This document shows, in pieces, positions 1 to 17,662 of a stretch of DNA of 64,000 nt (position 1 is its first letter; each line of letters starts with the position of its first letter). The notes beneath the pieces were generated by a model that saw nothing but the letters and a program-made list of their open reading frames with translations, did no database searches and was not told where the DNA came from. Made by a program: the position numbers and the translations under genes. The stretch is from the human T2T-CHM13v2.0 reference genome, Homo sapiens: the NCBI RefSeq assembly GCF_009914755.1, contig NC_060932.1, one strand, 5' to 3'.

Positions 1-1
1 T

Positions 2-106
<105 letters not shown>

Positions 107-846
107 TAAATGCATTTTTGACTTAAGATATTTTCTATGTATGGTGGATTTATTGGGACATACTTCATTTTAAGTCAAGGAACATTTGTATTAAACAGTA
201 TTGCTGGTATTTCTTGTCCCAATATTACCGAACAGGGAGTGGATGTGACTTTTTTTCTTTTTTTTAAAAAGCAAAAACAAAAAACTTTTAACAGATAGGG
301 CCTCACCTCTGTGGCCCAGGCTGGAGTGTCTATGGGCTGAAGTACAGTGGCGCGATCACCACTCACTGTAACTTTGAGCTCCTGGGCTCAAGCAATCTTC
401 CTGCCTCAGCTTCCCGAGTAGCTGGGACCACAGGCACATGCTACCACACCTGGCTAATTTTTATTTTTTGTAGAGATGAGGTCTATGTTGCCCAGGCTGG
501 TCTTGAACTCCTGGCCTCAGGCAATCCTCCTGCCTCAACCTCCCAAAGCATTGGGATTACAGATGTGAGCCACTGCATCTGGCAACTTTTTCTTACACTG
601 AACAAGCCAGTATTGGGGCCGGGGTCTCAGACACTGTGACTGATGCTGTTTATTTACCTGTTTGCATCCAGCATTGCTGACAAGGCAAGAGTAAGTAACT
701 GCTGCTCACTGACATTTGGGTATGCACAGCAAAGGGCTTCATGTAATCTGATGGTTATGCCCATGAAAGCTCATTAAGAGAGCTCAGATACTAGGCCCAG
801 AGGATCAGGGCTTCTTAGGTGTGCAGGGACACTTGGTGAAAATGGT

Positions 847-1900
<1,054 letters not shown>

Positions 1901-2829
1901 AGACCTCAAAGAATGGGTCTTAGAGGGAACGTGCTGCCTGTCCTGATGTGTGGCCAGCAGAGCCAGGACCAGGTGCAGAAGCCGACTGGAATCACAACCC
2001 TGTGAATCAGGGTTAAAGAACAAAGGACACCTTCCTAAAGGTACTGACTCATAGATCCCATACCCTGTTCTCACGGCCTTATGTTCACTTCCACAAAGCA
2101 AACCACACAAGGTCGGGTGCAGTAGCTCATGCCTGTAATCCCAGCACTGTGGGAAGCCAAGGCAGGTGGATTGCTTGAGGCCAGGAGTTGGAGACCAGCT
2201 TGGGCAACATAGTGAGACCCTGTCTTTACAAAAAAATTTTAAAACTAGCCAGGTGTAGCAGCATGCACCTCTAGTCCTAGTTACTTGGGAAGCTGAGGCA
2301 GGAGGATCTCTGGAGCCCAGGAATTTGAGGTTACGGTGAGCTATGATCACGCCACTGCACTTCAGCCTGTGTAATAGAGTGAGACCCTGTCTCAGAAGAA
2401 AAAAAAAAAGCAAACCACACAGGTGGCCATGATGCTGGACCGCTAAGCAATCTATTCCTCTTTGTGTTGAGCCTTCATTGCAGGCCATCACCCAAACCAT
2501 CTCCTCTTCCCCCTCCAAGTGTCCTGCAGGCCAGGCTTTGGGAACACTCTTCAGAGGAGCCCACACCTGCCCTGCCCTACCCAGCGCTACCATGTGAATA
2601 TCCTTAATTTTCTGTAGTACTTGCAATAGGATGGACTCATGTGTCTGTGCCCAGCAGTACAAAACCAGGCAGGAATGAGAATAGCAGAGGGTACAGTCGG
2701 GCTCAGTACTCCCTTTGGTTTGGAAGTGGACAGTGTGGAGGTCTCTTGCCTTAAGGAGCATGTGTGTGAGTGTGTGGTGTAAACAGATTTCTCTCTTCTG
2801 CCCTTCTGAACACAAGGGTAGAGTGGGCC

Positions 2830-3525
2830 TGCCTTAGTTTACTATGGCTGCCATAACAAAATACCACAGATTGGGTGCTTTAAACAAAATGAATTATCTC
2901 CTAGTTCTGGAGGCTGGAAGTCCAAGATCAAAGTGCCAGCAGGGCTGGGTTCTGAGGCCCTTCTCCTTGGCTTGCAGATGGCCACCTTCTCCCTGTATCT
3001 GCACATGGGCCTTCCTCTGTCTGCATCCAAATCTCTTCTCATAAGGACCCCAGTCAGACTGGATTAGGGCCCCACCCTAACAGCCTCATTTTAATTTAAT
3101 CATCCCCTTGAAGACTTTATCTCCAAATACAGTTGCATTCCGAGGTACTGGGGTTGGGCTTCAACATAAGAGTTTTGGGGGCAGGCCGAGCATGGTGGCT
3201 CATGCCTGTAATCCCAGCACTTTGGGAGGTCAAGGCGGGCAGATCGCTTGAGGTCAGGAGTTCAAGACCAGCCTGGCCAACATGGCAAAACTCTGTCTCT
3301 ACTGAAAATACAAAAAATTACCCAGGCGTGGTGGCAGGTGCCTATAATCTCAGCTACCAGGAGGAGGCTGAGGCAGGAGAATCTCTGGAACCGGGGAGGC
3401 GGAGGCTGCAGTGAGTTAAGATCATGCCACTGAACTCTAGTCTGGGTGACAGAGTGAGACCCCATCTCACACACACGAAAAAAAGTTTTTGGGAGAGATG
3501 CTATTCAACTATTCAGCTCATAACA
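2830..3525 (-). mobile_element. MLT1A-type MaLR LTR with Alu inserted near its end (3184-3485)
   Basis: 'gctgccataacaaaataccacaga...gttctggaggctggaagtccaagatcaa...ggattagggcccacccta...tctccaaatacagt'. Confidence 0.8.
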
Positions 3526-3724
3526 GGGCCATTCCCCTTTCCAACTGGGACAGCAATCACTACTGTTTGTAATGGGAGGCATTTCAGAAGGTCATTCCCT
3601 ATTGGTAATGAATTTCAGGGACAGCTTCACCCATAGGGTGCATTTGAAGTGTTTGGGAGGAGGTTAAGGAAGGGGAGGAGCTTGGCCAGCAATCAGAATA
3701 ATTAGCTCAGCTATTTTGTTCTGA

Positions 3725-4069
<345 letters not shown>

Positions 4070-4900
4070 TGACCTATTCCCTCCCATGCCAGGGCCTCAG
4101 AGGGAGAGGCTGCCGATCGTCCCCATCTGGTATCCAGCAGCTTCATAAGACCCCTGGCCCCTGAGAAATGTTGGGATCTTGGTTCTCTTTGTGGAGGTCA
4201 GCGGTTGCGGGGCAGAGGTAAAGAAAAGTCTTGGACTGAGTGTGCTCTGCATCTCTCACCAGGATTTCCACCCCGGCAGTTCTGTCCTGCTTGTTAAATA
4301 GACCATCCAGCCAGAAAAGCCACCCAGACACATGTGATTCCTCCCTGGACTGTGTGGCGAGGAGGGAGGGAAGACCGAGATTCTGGCATGTCGGCGTATT
4401 TACCTCCAGGTTAACAGGGAGCTGCCTCAGAGCTGGAGTTCAGATTGTCCAGGGTGTTTTGCTCACTGGCTGTTGGCTTGGATCTGAGCAGAAGCATTTG
4501 GACCTCCCCCACCCCGGCCCTGTTGTGAAATGCTCTCCCTCTCCCTGGAATGGGAACAGCAGTTCTAGGAATTCCATCCTCGTACTCTCACTAAGCCTCA
4601 CGTCCCCACATCCAATGGAAGAATGCTTCTGCCAAAGGAACCCCAGGGGAAAGTGAGGGCCATGCGCGGCTCAGTTTACAGAAGTCCTATCCAGCCGCAG
4701 AGTATGGGCACTGGAGGGCTATGGGGAAGCGCTCAAGGCAGGGAACATCCTGTTCTGACAAGCACCCAGAAGTCTAAGACCTCCTAATTTTTCCAGCTGA
4801 GAGTGTTAGCTAAGGGGTGGTAGCCTGGTCTGCCTTACTAATTTTATTTTATTTTGTAGAGACAGGGTCTCACTCTATCACCCAGGCTAGAGTACAGTAG

Positions 4901-5011
<111 letters not shown>

Positions 5012-5940
5012 TAAATTTTTTGTAGAGATGGGGGTCTCACTGTGTTGCCCAGGCTGGTCTCAAACTCCTGGCCTCAAGCAATTCTCATGCCTTGGCCTCC
5101 CAAAGCATTGTGATTGCAGGCATGATCCAGCCTTGCTAATTTTAAACAGTAGGAGGCATTTAGGATTGGAGTCGAGGTGGGTTAGGTTGGCCTCTGGACG
5201 GCTGTGAGGGGACAGCCTTTCTGGGCCTCAGTTTCCTCTTCTGCAAGGTGAAGCTCCTGCGTGGGGAGTTGTAAGGGGGAATAAGACCTAGCACGTCAGG
5301 CTGTGAGCACAGACCGGAGGGGATGACAGATGGCAATGATTGCTGTATGCACCTCGCCCGAAAATCTAAGCCTTCATTCATGCAGCACTCCAATGCTCCT
5401 TGGCCTCCAAAAATGCTTCCTGTTCCCGGCTTGTGACATCTTTCTTTGGTTGCGTATGTTCTCCCAAGTGATTTTCTCTTTAACAGCAATTATGTGAGTG
5501 TCACTTTATTCTCACACAAAGAATCTTGATGTTCTTTATTTTATTTAATCTTCACGATACTCCTCTGAGGTGTGGATTTTGTTATTCCCTCCCTCTTATA
5601 ACTGAGGAATGAAAGTGCAACTTGGAGTTCAGGGACTGACATGTGGCAAGCTCAGGTTTGAGCCCAGAACATCTGCCTCCAAGCACTATGCTATTTGTAC
5701 ATTAAGTACCTGCCAACAAGGAGATCCTAAAAATAAATGGCACGTGCCTGGTGCTTTCAAAATAGTTTGAATGAGCCTAGTACAATGCCGTTGTTTTACA
5801 GGTGAGGAAACTAGAACCTAAGGGAATGTCTCTATGGCTTTATTTATTGTAATCCCAGAACTTTGGGAGGCCGAGGTGGGGGGATTGCTTGAGCCCACAA
5901 GTTCAAGACCAGTCAAGGCAACATGACAAAACCTTGTCTA

Positions 5941-6099
<159 letters not shown>

Positions 6100-6307
6100 C
6101 TATCTCAAAAAATAATAATAATGATAATTAATTAATAGAAATATTTCCTTACTTTTTTTAGAGACAGATCTTGTTCTGTCTCCCAGACTACCGTGCAGTG
6201 GTAAAATTGTAGTTCCCTACAACCTTGAATTCTGGGTTCAAGCCATCCTCCTGCCTCAGCCTCCTAAGTAGCTGGGACTGCAGACATGCACCACAACACC
6301 TGACTAA

Positions 6308-6541
<234 letters not shown>

Positions 6542-6994
6542 TGATCCACCTGCCTTGGCCTCCCAGTGTGCTGGGATTACAGGCGTGAGCTTCCCCACCC
6601 GGCCTACACCTGGCTAATTTTTAACTTCTTTTGTAGAGATGGGATCGTGCTTTGTTACCCATGCTGGTCTTGAACCCCCCCATTGCTTTATATATTGAAA
6701 GCAAACTACTGTCACCACAAAGCATGCCTTGAAAAAAAAATATCATTCCTATATTTGGTGCACATTTGGAGTTTAAAATCCTGAAGGATACTGGCTAACA
6801 AACATGCTGAAGTTTATGATGGTTCTTGGTTTCCGTGGGCCTAAAAAGGAGGGAGGACACCCTCACCCTGTCCCTTCCAAGTGTCTCTCCTGAGTTGCTT
6901 ACCTGTCCTCTGATTTATCCCTGCTTTGACTGATAATTGGTTGCTGGTATGGATGGAACTGAATAAATGGTGAAATTATGTCACCTGGACCCTG

Positions 6995-7205
6995 CAGGTC
7001 ATGATAATAACTAGAATTGTATGGGGCTTACATTGTGTCAGCCACTGTTCAAATCCACACAGTAATCCTATGAAGTTGGCACTACCATCATCATCATCAT
7101 CATTGTCGTCGCCAATCTGGAGAAGCAGAAACTGAGGCACAAAGATTTTAAGTCATAACTTGCCCAGAGTCATGAGAGCTAGCAAATGGAATGACAGAGC
7201 TGGGT
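6995..7205 (-). mobile_element. MIR SINE
   Basis: Core 'gaaactgaggcacaaaga...aacttgcccagagtca'. Confidence 0.65.
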
Positions 7206-7804
7206 TTCCAAAGGATTTCAGGTAGAATGAGCCTCAGTTATTGTCCCCAGATAGTTCAAGACCGAACCTTGAACTCTACCCCCAGCACACAACGGGCTGG
7301 ATCCCAGCTACACAAATGGTTTGAGGTGTAGGGGTGCTCCTCTCTTCTTCCCTTGCCCTGCTGGGAGGCAGGGTTCTGGGTTTCCCTGCTCTGCATCTCT
7401 GGGTTGGCAATCAAGGTCAGCCTTAGCTCACCTCCCTCACCCCTCGGGCACTGGAGAACTGGGGTGAGATGGATGTTTCTCTGGGCCGGGGGTTTAGGGT
7501 CAGGCTGCTTGGAAGCAGGAAGATGGAGGACTTGGGATCTGTGTCCCTTGGTGATCTCCTCTTACGCCTGTCTGTGGACTTCACACACTTGGCTGTAATC
7601 ACTTGTTTACGGGTCTTTCTCGACTAAATTACATAAGGTTTGGATCTAGGCACTTTCACTACATCTGACTTTTTTAAATCCCTAGCACCTCGCATGGTGC
7701 TAGTACAAAGTAGAGGTTCAGTGAGTAAGTAAATGAGACCAGCACACCTACTTTCAGGAAAAAAGGATTGAGCAAAGACCGGCAAATATGTGGGTAAGGA
7801 TTAA

Positions 7805-8200
<396 letters not shown>

Positions 8201-9094
8201 TGATAAATGAGGTTTTTTTTATTTCTGTATTTTCTCTCTTCCTCTCCCCTCATTGTCCCAATAAAATTACATTTCAAAGTTTTAAAAATCCAGCCAGGTG
8301 CAGTGGCACACACCTGTAATCCCAGCTCCTCAGGAGGCTGAGGCAGGAGGATCACTTGAGCCCAGAAGTTTGAGTCTAGCCTGGGCAACATAGCAAGATT
8401 CTGTCTTTAAGGAAAACAAAAAACAAAAACAGGCTGGGTGCAGTGGATCACTTGAGCCCAGGAGTTCCAGCCCACCCTAGGCAACATGGTAAAACCCTGT
8501 CTCTACAAAAAAGTATATACAAAAATTAGCTGGGTGTGGTGACACTTGCCTGTAGTCCCAGCTACTCAGGAAGCTGAGGTGGGAGGATCACCTGAGCCCA
8601 GGAGGTCCAAGGTTGCAGTGAGCCATGATGGCACCACTGCACTCCAGCCTGAGTGACAGAGCAAGACCCTGTTTCAAAAAAAAAAAAATTTAAACTAAAA
8701 TTAAAAGTAAACATTTGTTGTTTTTATTATGATGATTCTTGAGCCAAGTACTATCTATAATAATAGCATTTCCACTTTTATATATATATATTTTTTAAAA
8801 AAAGCAGAGTTAATAATTGCTTTGTTTTAAAAATGTGCTTAGTTTTCATTTAGGTTTTCCCAAACCTTCCAGAAGCTCTCTAAAATGCCTCACAGTAAGG
8901 TCTTGCACACAGTTGGACTTCTAGATTTATCTGCCCATTTTTTCCCTCTCTCCTAAACTAAGACAAGATTTGGAGTAACAGTTTGGCTGCTCCAGCCCTG
9001 CCACACAACTGTCAATGTGGGGTTCCCTGAAGCCCTAGTCTTTCTATAATTTTGGCAGAACACATCTTACTGTATTCTTTCTGAAATGTCTCTA

Positions 9095-9581
<487 letters not shown>

Positions 9582-9690
9582 TTACTTGATTTGTGTTTGG
9601 CAGGGGATAAGATGCAGGTTGAAGTGAATTTTCTGTCAGATTGTGAAGGCGTCAAGGCACCGTTTGCAGGCTTCCAGTCTTGCCATTTAA

Positions 9691-10103
<413 letters not shown>

Positions 10104-11957
10104 TAAACTCTTGATCTCAAGTGATCTACCCACCTCGGCCTCCCAAAGTGCTGGGATTACAGGCGTGAGCCACCACACCAGGCCTTTCTTCATATTTTTA
10201 AAGTAAATTCCCTTTTATTAGTTTCTCTTTTCTCCTTCTGGACTTCCTGCCATCCAATATTGGACCCCTAATTTATTATCTTTTTGCCTATTGTTCATCT
10301 CTTTGTCCTTTTTCTTTTTTCTTTTTTTTTTGAGATGGAATGTTTCTCTGTCCCCAGGCCCGGAGTGCAGTGGCACAATCTCGGCTCACTGCAGCCTCCG
10401 CCTCCTGGGTTCAAGCGGTTCTCGTGCCTCAGCCTCCTGAATAGCTGGACTACAGGTGTGCACCACCACACCCAGCTAATGTTTTGTATTTTTAGTAGAG
10501 ACGGGGTTTCACCATGTTGGCCAGGCTGGTCTTGAACTCCTGACCTCATGTGATCCACCCGCCTCAGCCTCCCAAAGTGTTGGGGTTGTATACGTGAACC
10601 ACTGCACCCGGCCTCTTTTGTTTTTCTTTAAGATTTTCTGCTTCCTTTATTACCTGTTTCCTCCTGTTGATTTGCTTAGATCTCGCCTTAAATGCTACAA
10701 GCCTTTCTCAGAAATGTGTGGGAACATTTGACTGGTTGGTTTTTTAAATTTTTTAAAATTTAGTTTTTGACACAGGGTTTCACTCTGTCAATCAAACTGG
10801 AGTATAGTGGTGCAGTCTTAGCTCACTGCAGCCTTGGACCTCCTGGGCTCTGGTGATCCTCCCACCTCTGCCTCCTGGGTAGCTGGAACTACAGACGTGT
10901 GCCACCACGCTTGGCTAATTTTTGTCTTTTTTGTAAAGACAGGGTTTTACCGTGTTGCTCAGGCTGGTCTCAAACTCCTGGGCTCAAGCAATCCGCCTGC
11001 CTCGGTCTTTTCTTTCTTTCTTTCTTTTTTGAAAGACAGGGTCTCGCTCTTTCGCTCAGGCTACGGTGCAATGTCATGATTATAGCTCACTGCAGCCTCA
11101 ACTTCCTAGGCTCAACTGATCCTCCCACCTCAGCCTTCCAGAGTGTTGGGATTACTTACAGGTGTGAACCACTGCACCGGGCCTGGCTGTTTTTATTTAA
11201 GGGTGGGGAACTCAGGAGCTGACCAGGAGTCCCTTGTGTGGCCCAGAGACTGATGGGTTCCATCTGGTGGCTAGCTGGTTTTATTCACTGTGGACCCCCA
11301 TGCCACAATCAGTTTCTGTAGGTCTTTATCTTCACTCTTTATTCTGAAGCAGGGGAGAGGAGAGGGCTTAAGGCTCACCATTCAGGAGGTCAACTTTAAT
11401 TTCTCTGTCACCCCTCTCCTTGGGGCAAGGGACACCTGGCACCCCTCTGGTAAGTTTGCTTAAGAGAGTAAACCTCAGGGCAGCTGCTAGATGCTGGTAA
11501 GAACCTGGGGTTTCCATTTTCCATACAGACTTCCAAGCAGTCTCCCTGTTATCAGCCCCCATCCCCAGATTCCATGCTGTGCCTAATTCCTGAACCTTCC
11601 TGGGGTTCTCTGGGGCAAACGGAGAACTTGCTCCACCCCCACCTCCCTGCATTTCAGTGTCACCCGCTTCCTCCCCATGAGATCGTTGACCGCTCCTGTA
11701 CTTGCCTCTGTCTTTACCTGTTGTGATTTGGGGTGACAGTTGGAGCTCTCCCTGCATCCAGGTTGGAGAACGTGCTTGTACTTCTCATTCTTGGTGTTTG
11801 GCATGACTTTTGAGAGGAGTAGGAGAAAAATGTCATGGCTCTGCCATCTTGAAGTCACTTTGATCCTCAAAAGTACTTCATACTCTTTGTAGTGACCTAG
11901 TGGAGGTGGGTCATTTACCCCAGTGTACAGAGGGGTCCAAGACAGGCCTGCTGATGA

Positions 11958-12128
<171 letters not shown>

Positions 12129-13970
12129 TAGCTAGGATTAGGTGTGTGCCACCATGCCCGGCTAATTTTTGTGTTTTTAATAGAGGCGGGATTTCGCCAT
12201 GTTGGCCAGGCTGGTCTCGAACTCCTGACCTCAGGTGATCTGCCTGCCTCGGCCTCCCAAAGTGCTGGGATTACAGGCGTGAGCCACTGCGCCCAGCCTG
12301 TTTTACTTTTAAAGATGAGGTCTCGCTGTGTTGGCCAAGCTGGTCTGGAACTCCCAGCCTCAAGTGATCCTCCAACCTTGGCCTCCCAAACTGTTGGGAT
12401 TTACAGATGTGAGTCACTGCGCCCAGCCGTAGCCCCCACCTTTGGCTAAAGAGTTTTATGTGGAGGCCACCCTAGCGTGATGCCACTCCACCTGCTGAAC
12501 ACACACACAGGTTTCTGTCAGACCACACCTGACCAGCAGCCCTGAAGGGACCTTGGCATCCATCCCACCCACTCGTGTTTCCATTTCCTGACCTTGTACA
12601 TGGGCCAAGTGTCCCCAGCACCAAGTAGCTCTGCAGCAGGTGTCTTCAGCCAGGCTTTAAGGTTTGTCTTTTTTTTTTTTTAGACAGGGTCTCGCTCTGT
12701 CTCCCAGACTGGAGTCCAATGGTGCAACCACTGCTCACCACAGCCTCAATCTCTCAGGCTCAAGCGATCCTCCCATCTCAGCCTCCCGCGTAGCTAGGAC
12801 TCCAAGCGCATGCCACCATGCCTGGTTAATTTTTTAAAAATTTTAGTAGGCCAGGTGCAGTGGCTCATGCCTGTAATCCCAGCACTTTGGGAGGCCGAGG
12901 CAGGCGGATCACCTGAGGTCAGGAACTCAAGACCTGCCTGGCCAACATGGCAAAACCCTGTCTCCACTGAAACTACAAAAATTAGCCAGGCATCTGTAAT
13001 CCCAGCTACTTGGGAGGCTGAGGCAAGGAGAATTGCTTGAACCCAGGAGGCAGAGGTTACAGTGAGCCGAGATCGCACCACTGCACTCCAGCCTGGGCAA
13101 CAGAATGAGACTCCATCTCAAAAAAAAAAAAAAAATTGTAGATAAGGTCTTGCAATGTTGCCCAGGCTGGTCTCAAACTCCTGGGCTCAAGTGATCCTCC
13201 CACCTCAGCCTCCCAAAGTGCTGGGATTGCAGGTGCGAGCCACCTCACCCAGCCTTCGGCTGACTTTCTGCATGCTGCTGTTTACTCCTCACAGACCCCT
13301 CCCCAACTGAAATCTCTGCTTTTATTAGGTAAAATTAGGATTCTTATTTTTAAGTAACTGTGGTAGCCATAGAACAAAGGGCACAGAGGCTTTTTCTTTC
13401 ACTTTTAAGTATAATTAATGATTTAATTTTTTTTGAGACAGAGTCTTGCTTGCTCTGTTGCCCAGGCTGGAGTGTAGTGGCATGATCTTGGCTCACTGCA
13501 ACCTCCGCCTCCCAGGTTCAACAATTCTCCTGCTTCAACCTCCCAAGTAGCTGGGATTACAGGGGTGTGCCACCACGCCCAGCTAATTTTTGTATTTTTA
13601 GTAGAGACAGGGTTTCACCGTGTTGACCAGGCTGGTCTTGAACTCCTGACCTCAGGTGATCTGCCTGCCTCTGCCTCCCAAAGTGCTAGGATTACAAGCA
13701 TGAGCCACTGTACCTGGCCTGTTTTTTTGTTTTGTTTTGTTTTGAGACAGGGTCTTGTTCTGTCGCCCAGGCTGGAGGGCAGCGGCGCGATCTCAGCTCA
13801 CTGGAGCGCAGTGGCGCCATCTCAGCTCACTGCAGCCTCTGCCTCCCAGGTTCAAGCGATTCTCCTGCCTCAGTCCAGAGTAGCTGGGATTACAGGTGTG
13901 TGCCACCACGCCTGGCTAATTTTTGTATTTTTGGTAGAGACGGGGTTTCACCATGCTGGCCAGGCTGGTG

Positions 13971-14446
13971 AAAGCAAGATCTTCAAGAAGTATTTGTATT
14001 CCCATGTTCATAGCAGCATGATTCACAATAACTGAGAAGTGGAAGCAACCCAGGTGTCCATCAGTCAGAGGAAAGGATAAGCAAAATGCGCGCACACTCT
14101 CAATGGGATATTATTCAGCCTTCAGCAGGAAGGAAATCCTATCACATGCTACAGTGTGGAGGGACCTTGAGGACATTATGCTAAGTGAAATAAGCCGGTC
14201 ATGAAAAAGCAAATCCTGTATGATTTCACTATATAAGATACCTAGAGTAGTCAAATTCAGAGAGACAGAAAGTAGAACCCTGCTTGCCAGGGCCTAGAGG
14301 GAGTGGGGAAGGGGAGTTGTTGTAGAGTTTCAGTTTCACATGATGAAAACGTTTTGGAGATGATTGGCGGTGATGGTAGCACAACACCCTACCGAAAATG
14401 TTTAAGATGGTCAATGTTATGTGTATTTCACCACAATTTTTAAAAA
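13971..14446 (+). mobile_element. L1MB-type LINE-1 3' fragment (end of ORF2 and 3'UTR)
   Basis: 'cccatgttcatagcagc...ggaagcaacccaggtgtccatca...ccttgaggacattatgctaagtgaaataagcc...tagagtagtcaaattcagagagacagaaagtagaa'. Confidence 0.85.
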
Positions 14447-14650
14447 GTCACCAGGGGCTGATGACCTTTAAAGAGGCTCTCCAGATGGTTGCTGGCCCCT
14501 GGGCGCTTCTTTGAGACTGTTGAATCTTTAACTCTTAGGTTTCACGCTATGATAAACAAACCAACAACAACAAAAAAAGTGTGGCTCATGTCTGTAACCC
14601 CAGCACTTCGGGAGGCTGAGGCCAGTGGATCACTTGAGGTCAGGAGTTCA

Positions 14651-14914
<264 letters not shown>

Positions 14915-15701
14915 TCAAAGATTAAGAAACAACAGAAAAAAAGTGGTCCCATCTGGAGCCAGGATGTCCAGCCACTTGTCCACTGAGTCCCCACCCCGCT
15001 GCCTGGACCCTGGGGTCTCTGGGCTTCCCTCCCCTCTGGGGAGGAGAGATTGTACAACCCCAAGCCTTGCAGAGTGGAGCAGTGCCACATCTGGCCTCTA
15101 GAACCAAAACAAATCTGGGTCACTTTTTAAAAAAAAGAGTTAGAAATTGGTCTTCCCTTACCTCCCCTCACTGTCACCCCAGCCCTGCAAAGAGAGGGCA
15201 CCACTGCTCTCCATTTGTAATCTGGGCTCATAGGCACTCAGACCTAGAAGGTGCATGGGTCTTTATTTTACAGATGAGGAGATGGAGGCCCAAAACAGGG
15301 GGTGCAAGGAGCAAGGTGCATAGGGTCACACAGCTGACTGGGAACGGAGCCCAAATGCACCCTGGTTCTTTACACCCCTCCTCCTAAGAAACAGCTGTGC
15401 GCTGGAGTCCCATAGGCAATGAGCAGGGCTGTCAGCTTCAGTATCACTGCCTCTCCTGCAAGGGGACAGGAGAGTAAGACCAGTGACTGCCTGGAGGGGC
15501 CACAGCCAGACTAGAGGAACACAGCCAGCAGGTGAAGTTTATCTTTAGGTATCTCTCTGCATTCCTCTGCCCTTCAGCATCTCACGTCATCCTCAGCACA
15601 GAGCCCCGTTTCAGGAACTCACACTCAGACTCCGAGATGGAAATTGGTTCCTTTCCAGGGGTTTACAGAGTCCAGTGCTGAGCATCAAGAAATGAATCTC
15701 A

Positions 15702-15760
15702 ATATGTACAACTATTATGGATCCATAAAAATTAAAAATCAAAAAAGTAAAATAAAGTGT
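15702..15760 (+). mobile_element. Extremely 5'-truncated L1 3' end
   Basis: 'atatgtacaactattatggatccataaaaattaaaaat' plus A-rich tail between perfect 15-bp direct repeats aagaaatgaatctca (15687-15701, 15761-15775). Confidence 0.75.
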
Positions 15761-17170
15761 AAGAAATGAATCTCAGCTGTTGGAATGCTACTCATCATAG
15801 CCCCTAAGTGAAGGAGAGATTTCAAGGTTATTGCTAAGGAAGGGCATTCCTGAAGTCCTTAAATCATGATTCCCAAACTTGGGTTATTCATATTTTATCT
15901 GCACAATTATTACCATACCTTGCATTCCACTTGTACAGATATTTAATATTTCTTTATATCACCTTAGCTTTTGAATTTAATTTACATTATTTTATTATAG
16001 AATCTATAATATATTATTATATTATTGTATATTAAAAGGAATTGCTATCACTACTATATATGGAACACCGGATTCACTTGCCATAAATAGAAGGTAGCTA
16101 TAAAAAGATACAAAGGGGCCGGGCACGGTGGCTCACACCTGTAATCCCAGCACTTTGGGAGGCCGAGGCAGGCAGATCACGAGGTCAAGAGTTTGAGACC
16201 AGCCTGGCCAACATGGTGAAATCCCGTCTCTACTAAAGATACAAAAAATTAGCTGGGCATGGTGGCACGCACCTATAATCCCAGCTACTTGGGATGGTGG
16301 GGTAGAATTCCAAGGTCAGTGACACACTGGCAGGACACACTGGGGGCCTCACAAAGGAGGGGCTCAGCAGGAGAGCCCACCCTTCACTCCTGCCTCTGGC
16401 TCTTCTCCGCAAAGCCCAGGCATTTCTCTCTTTTTTTTTTGGAACTGTCTTTTTGAGATAGGGTCTCACTGCAGCCTGGACCTCCTGGGCTCAAGCAATC
16501 CTCCTGTCTCAGCTTCCCGAGTAGCTGGGACTACAGGCACGTACCCATCATGCCCGACTCATTTTAACATTTTTGTAGAGATGAGGTCTCTCTAAGTTGT
16601 CCAGGCTAGTCTCAAGCTCCTGGGCTCAAGCAGTCCTCCCACGGTGGCCTCCCAAAGTGCTGAGATTACAGGTGTGAGCTACCACACCTGGCAAAAGTTC
16701 TTATTTTTACTACTCTGGTTGAATCACAAGTATTTTCTGTTTGGTCATTTGTAAAATGCAGCTATTCTGGGTATCCCACAGGAGTGCTGTAAGGACAGGA
16801 CTGAATAATGACTAGAAATGCATTTTTTCCACCGTGGTATGTGATTGTCATGGGTAATTAACACTAAGCCCAGGTGGGTGAGTGAGCTGAGGGGCTATAG
16901 GGACAGAGCACAGTGTGCACAGAGCTCTGGGAAGACACAGGTGCAGTTGGTGGCCTGCAGACCCCTTCCATTGGATCATTCCATGTGAAGGGGAGTTGGG
17001 GCCGTTTGGAGGTAGCAGAGTTCTGGGTGGCAGCCAGGCCCCCAAATAAGCCTCACTACTCTGGCTTTTTTTTTTTTTTTTTTATGAAAAGGAGTCTCGC
17101 TCTGTTACCCAGGCTGGTGTACAGTGGTGCAATCGGCTCACTGCAACCTCTGCCTCCCAGGTTCAAGTGA

Positions 17171-17479
<309 letters not shown>

Positions 17480-17482
17480 TAG

Positions 17483-17662
17483 GTACCAGGATCATCTATG
17501 ACCGGAAATTCCTGATGGAGTGTCGGAACTCACCTGTGACCAAAACACCCCCAAGGGATCTGCCCACCATTCCGGGGGTCACCAGCCCTTCCAGTGATGA
17601 GCCCCCCATGGAAGCCAGCCAGAGCCACCTGCGCAATAGCCCAGAAGATAAGCGGGCGGGCG
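17483..17662 (+). CDS. EIF4EBP1: EIF4EBP1 coding exon 2 (180 nt, phase 1-1): (G)[59 protein letters not shown](G)
   Basis: Translation matches human 4E-BP1 residues ~49-109, including the eIF4E-binding motif YDRKFLM and S65/T70. Flanked by AG at 17481-17482 and GTGAGT at 17663. Confidence 0.99.

Noticed and set aside
14341-14350. TGATGAAAA, similar to an ATF4 C/EBP-ATF element (EIF4EBP1 is an ATF4 target)
   Set aside because: Lies inside an L1 fragment; no convincing TGATGCAA site was spotted in unique sequence, and the functional sites may be upstream of the window
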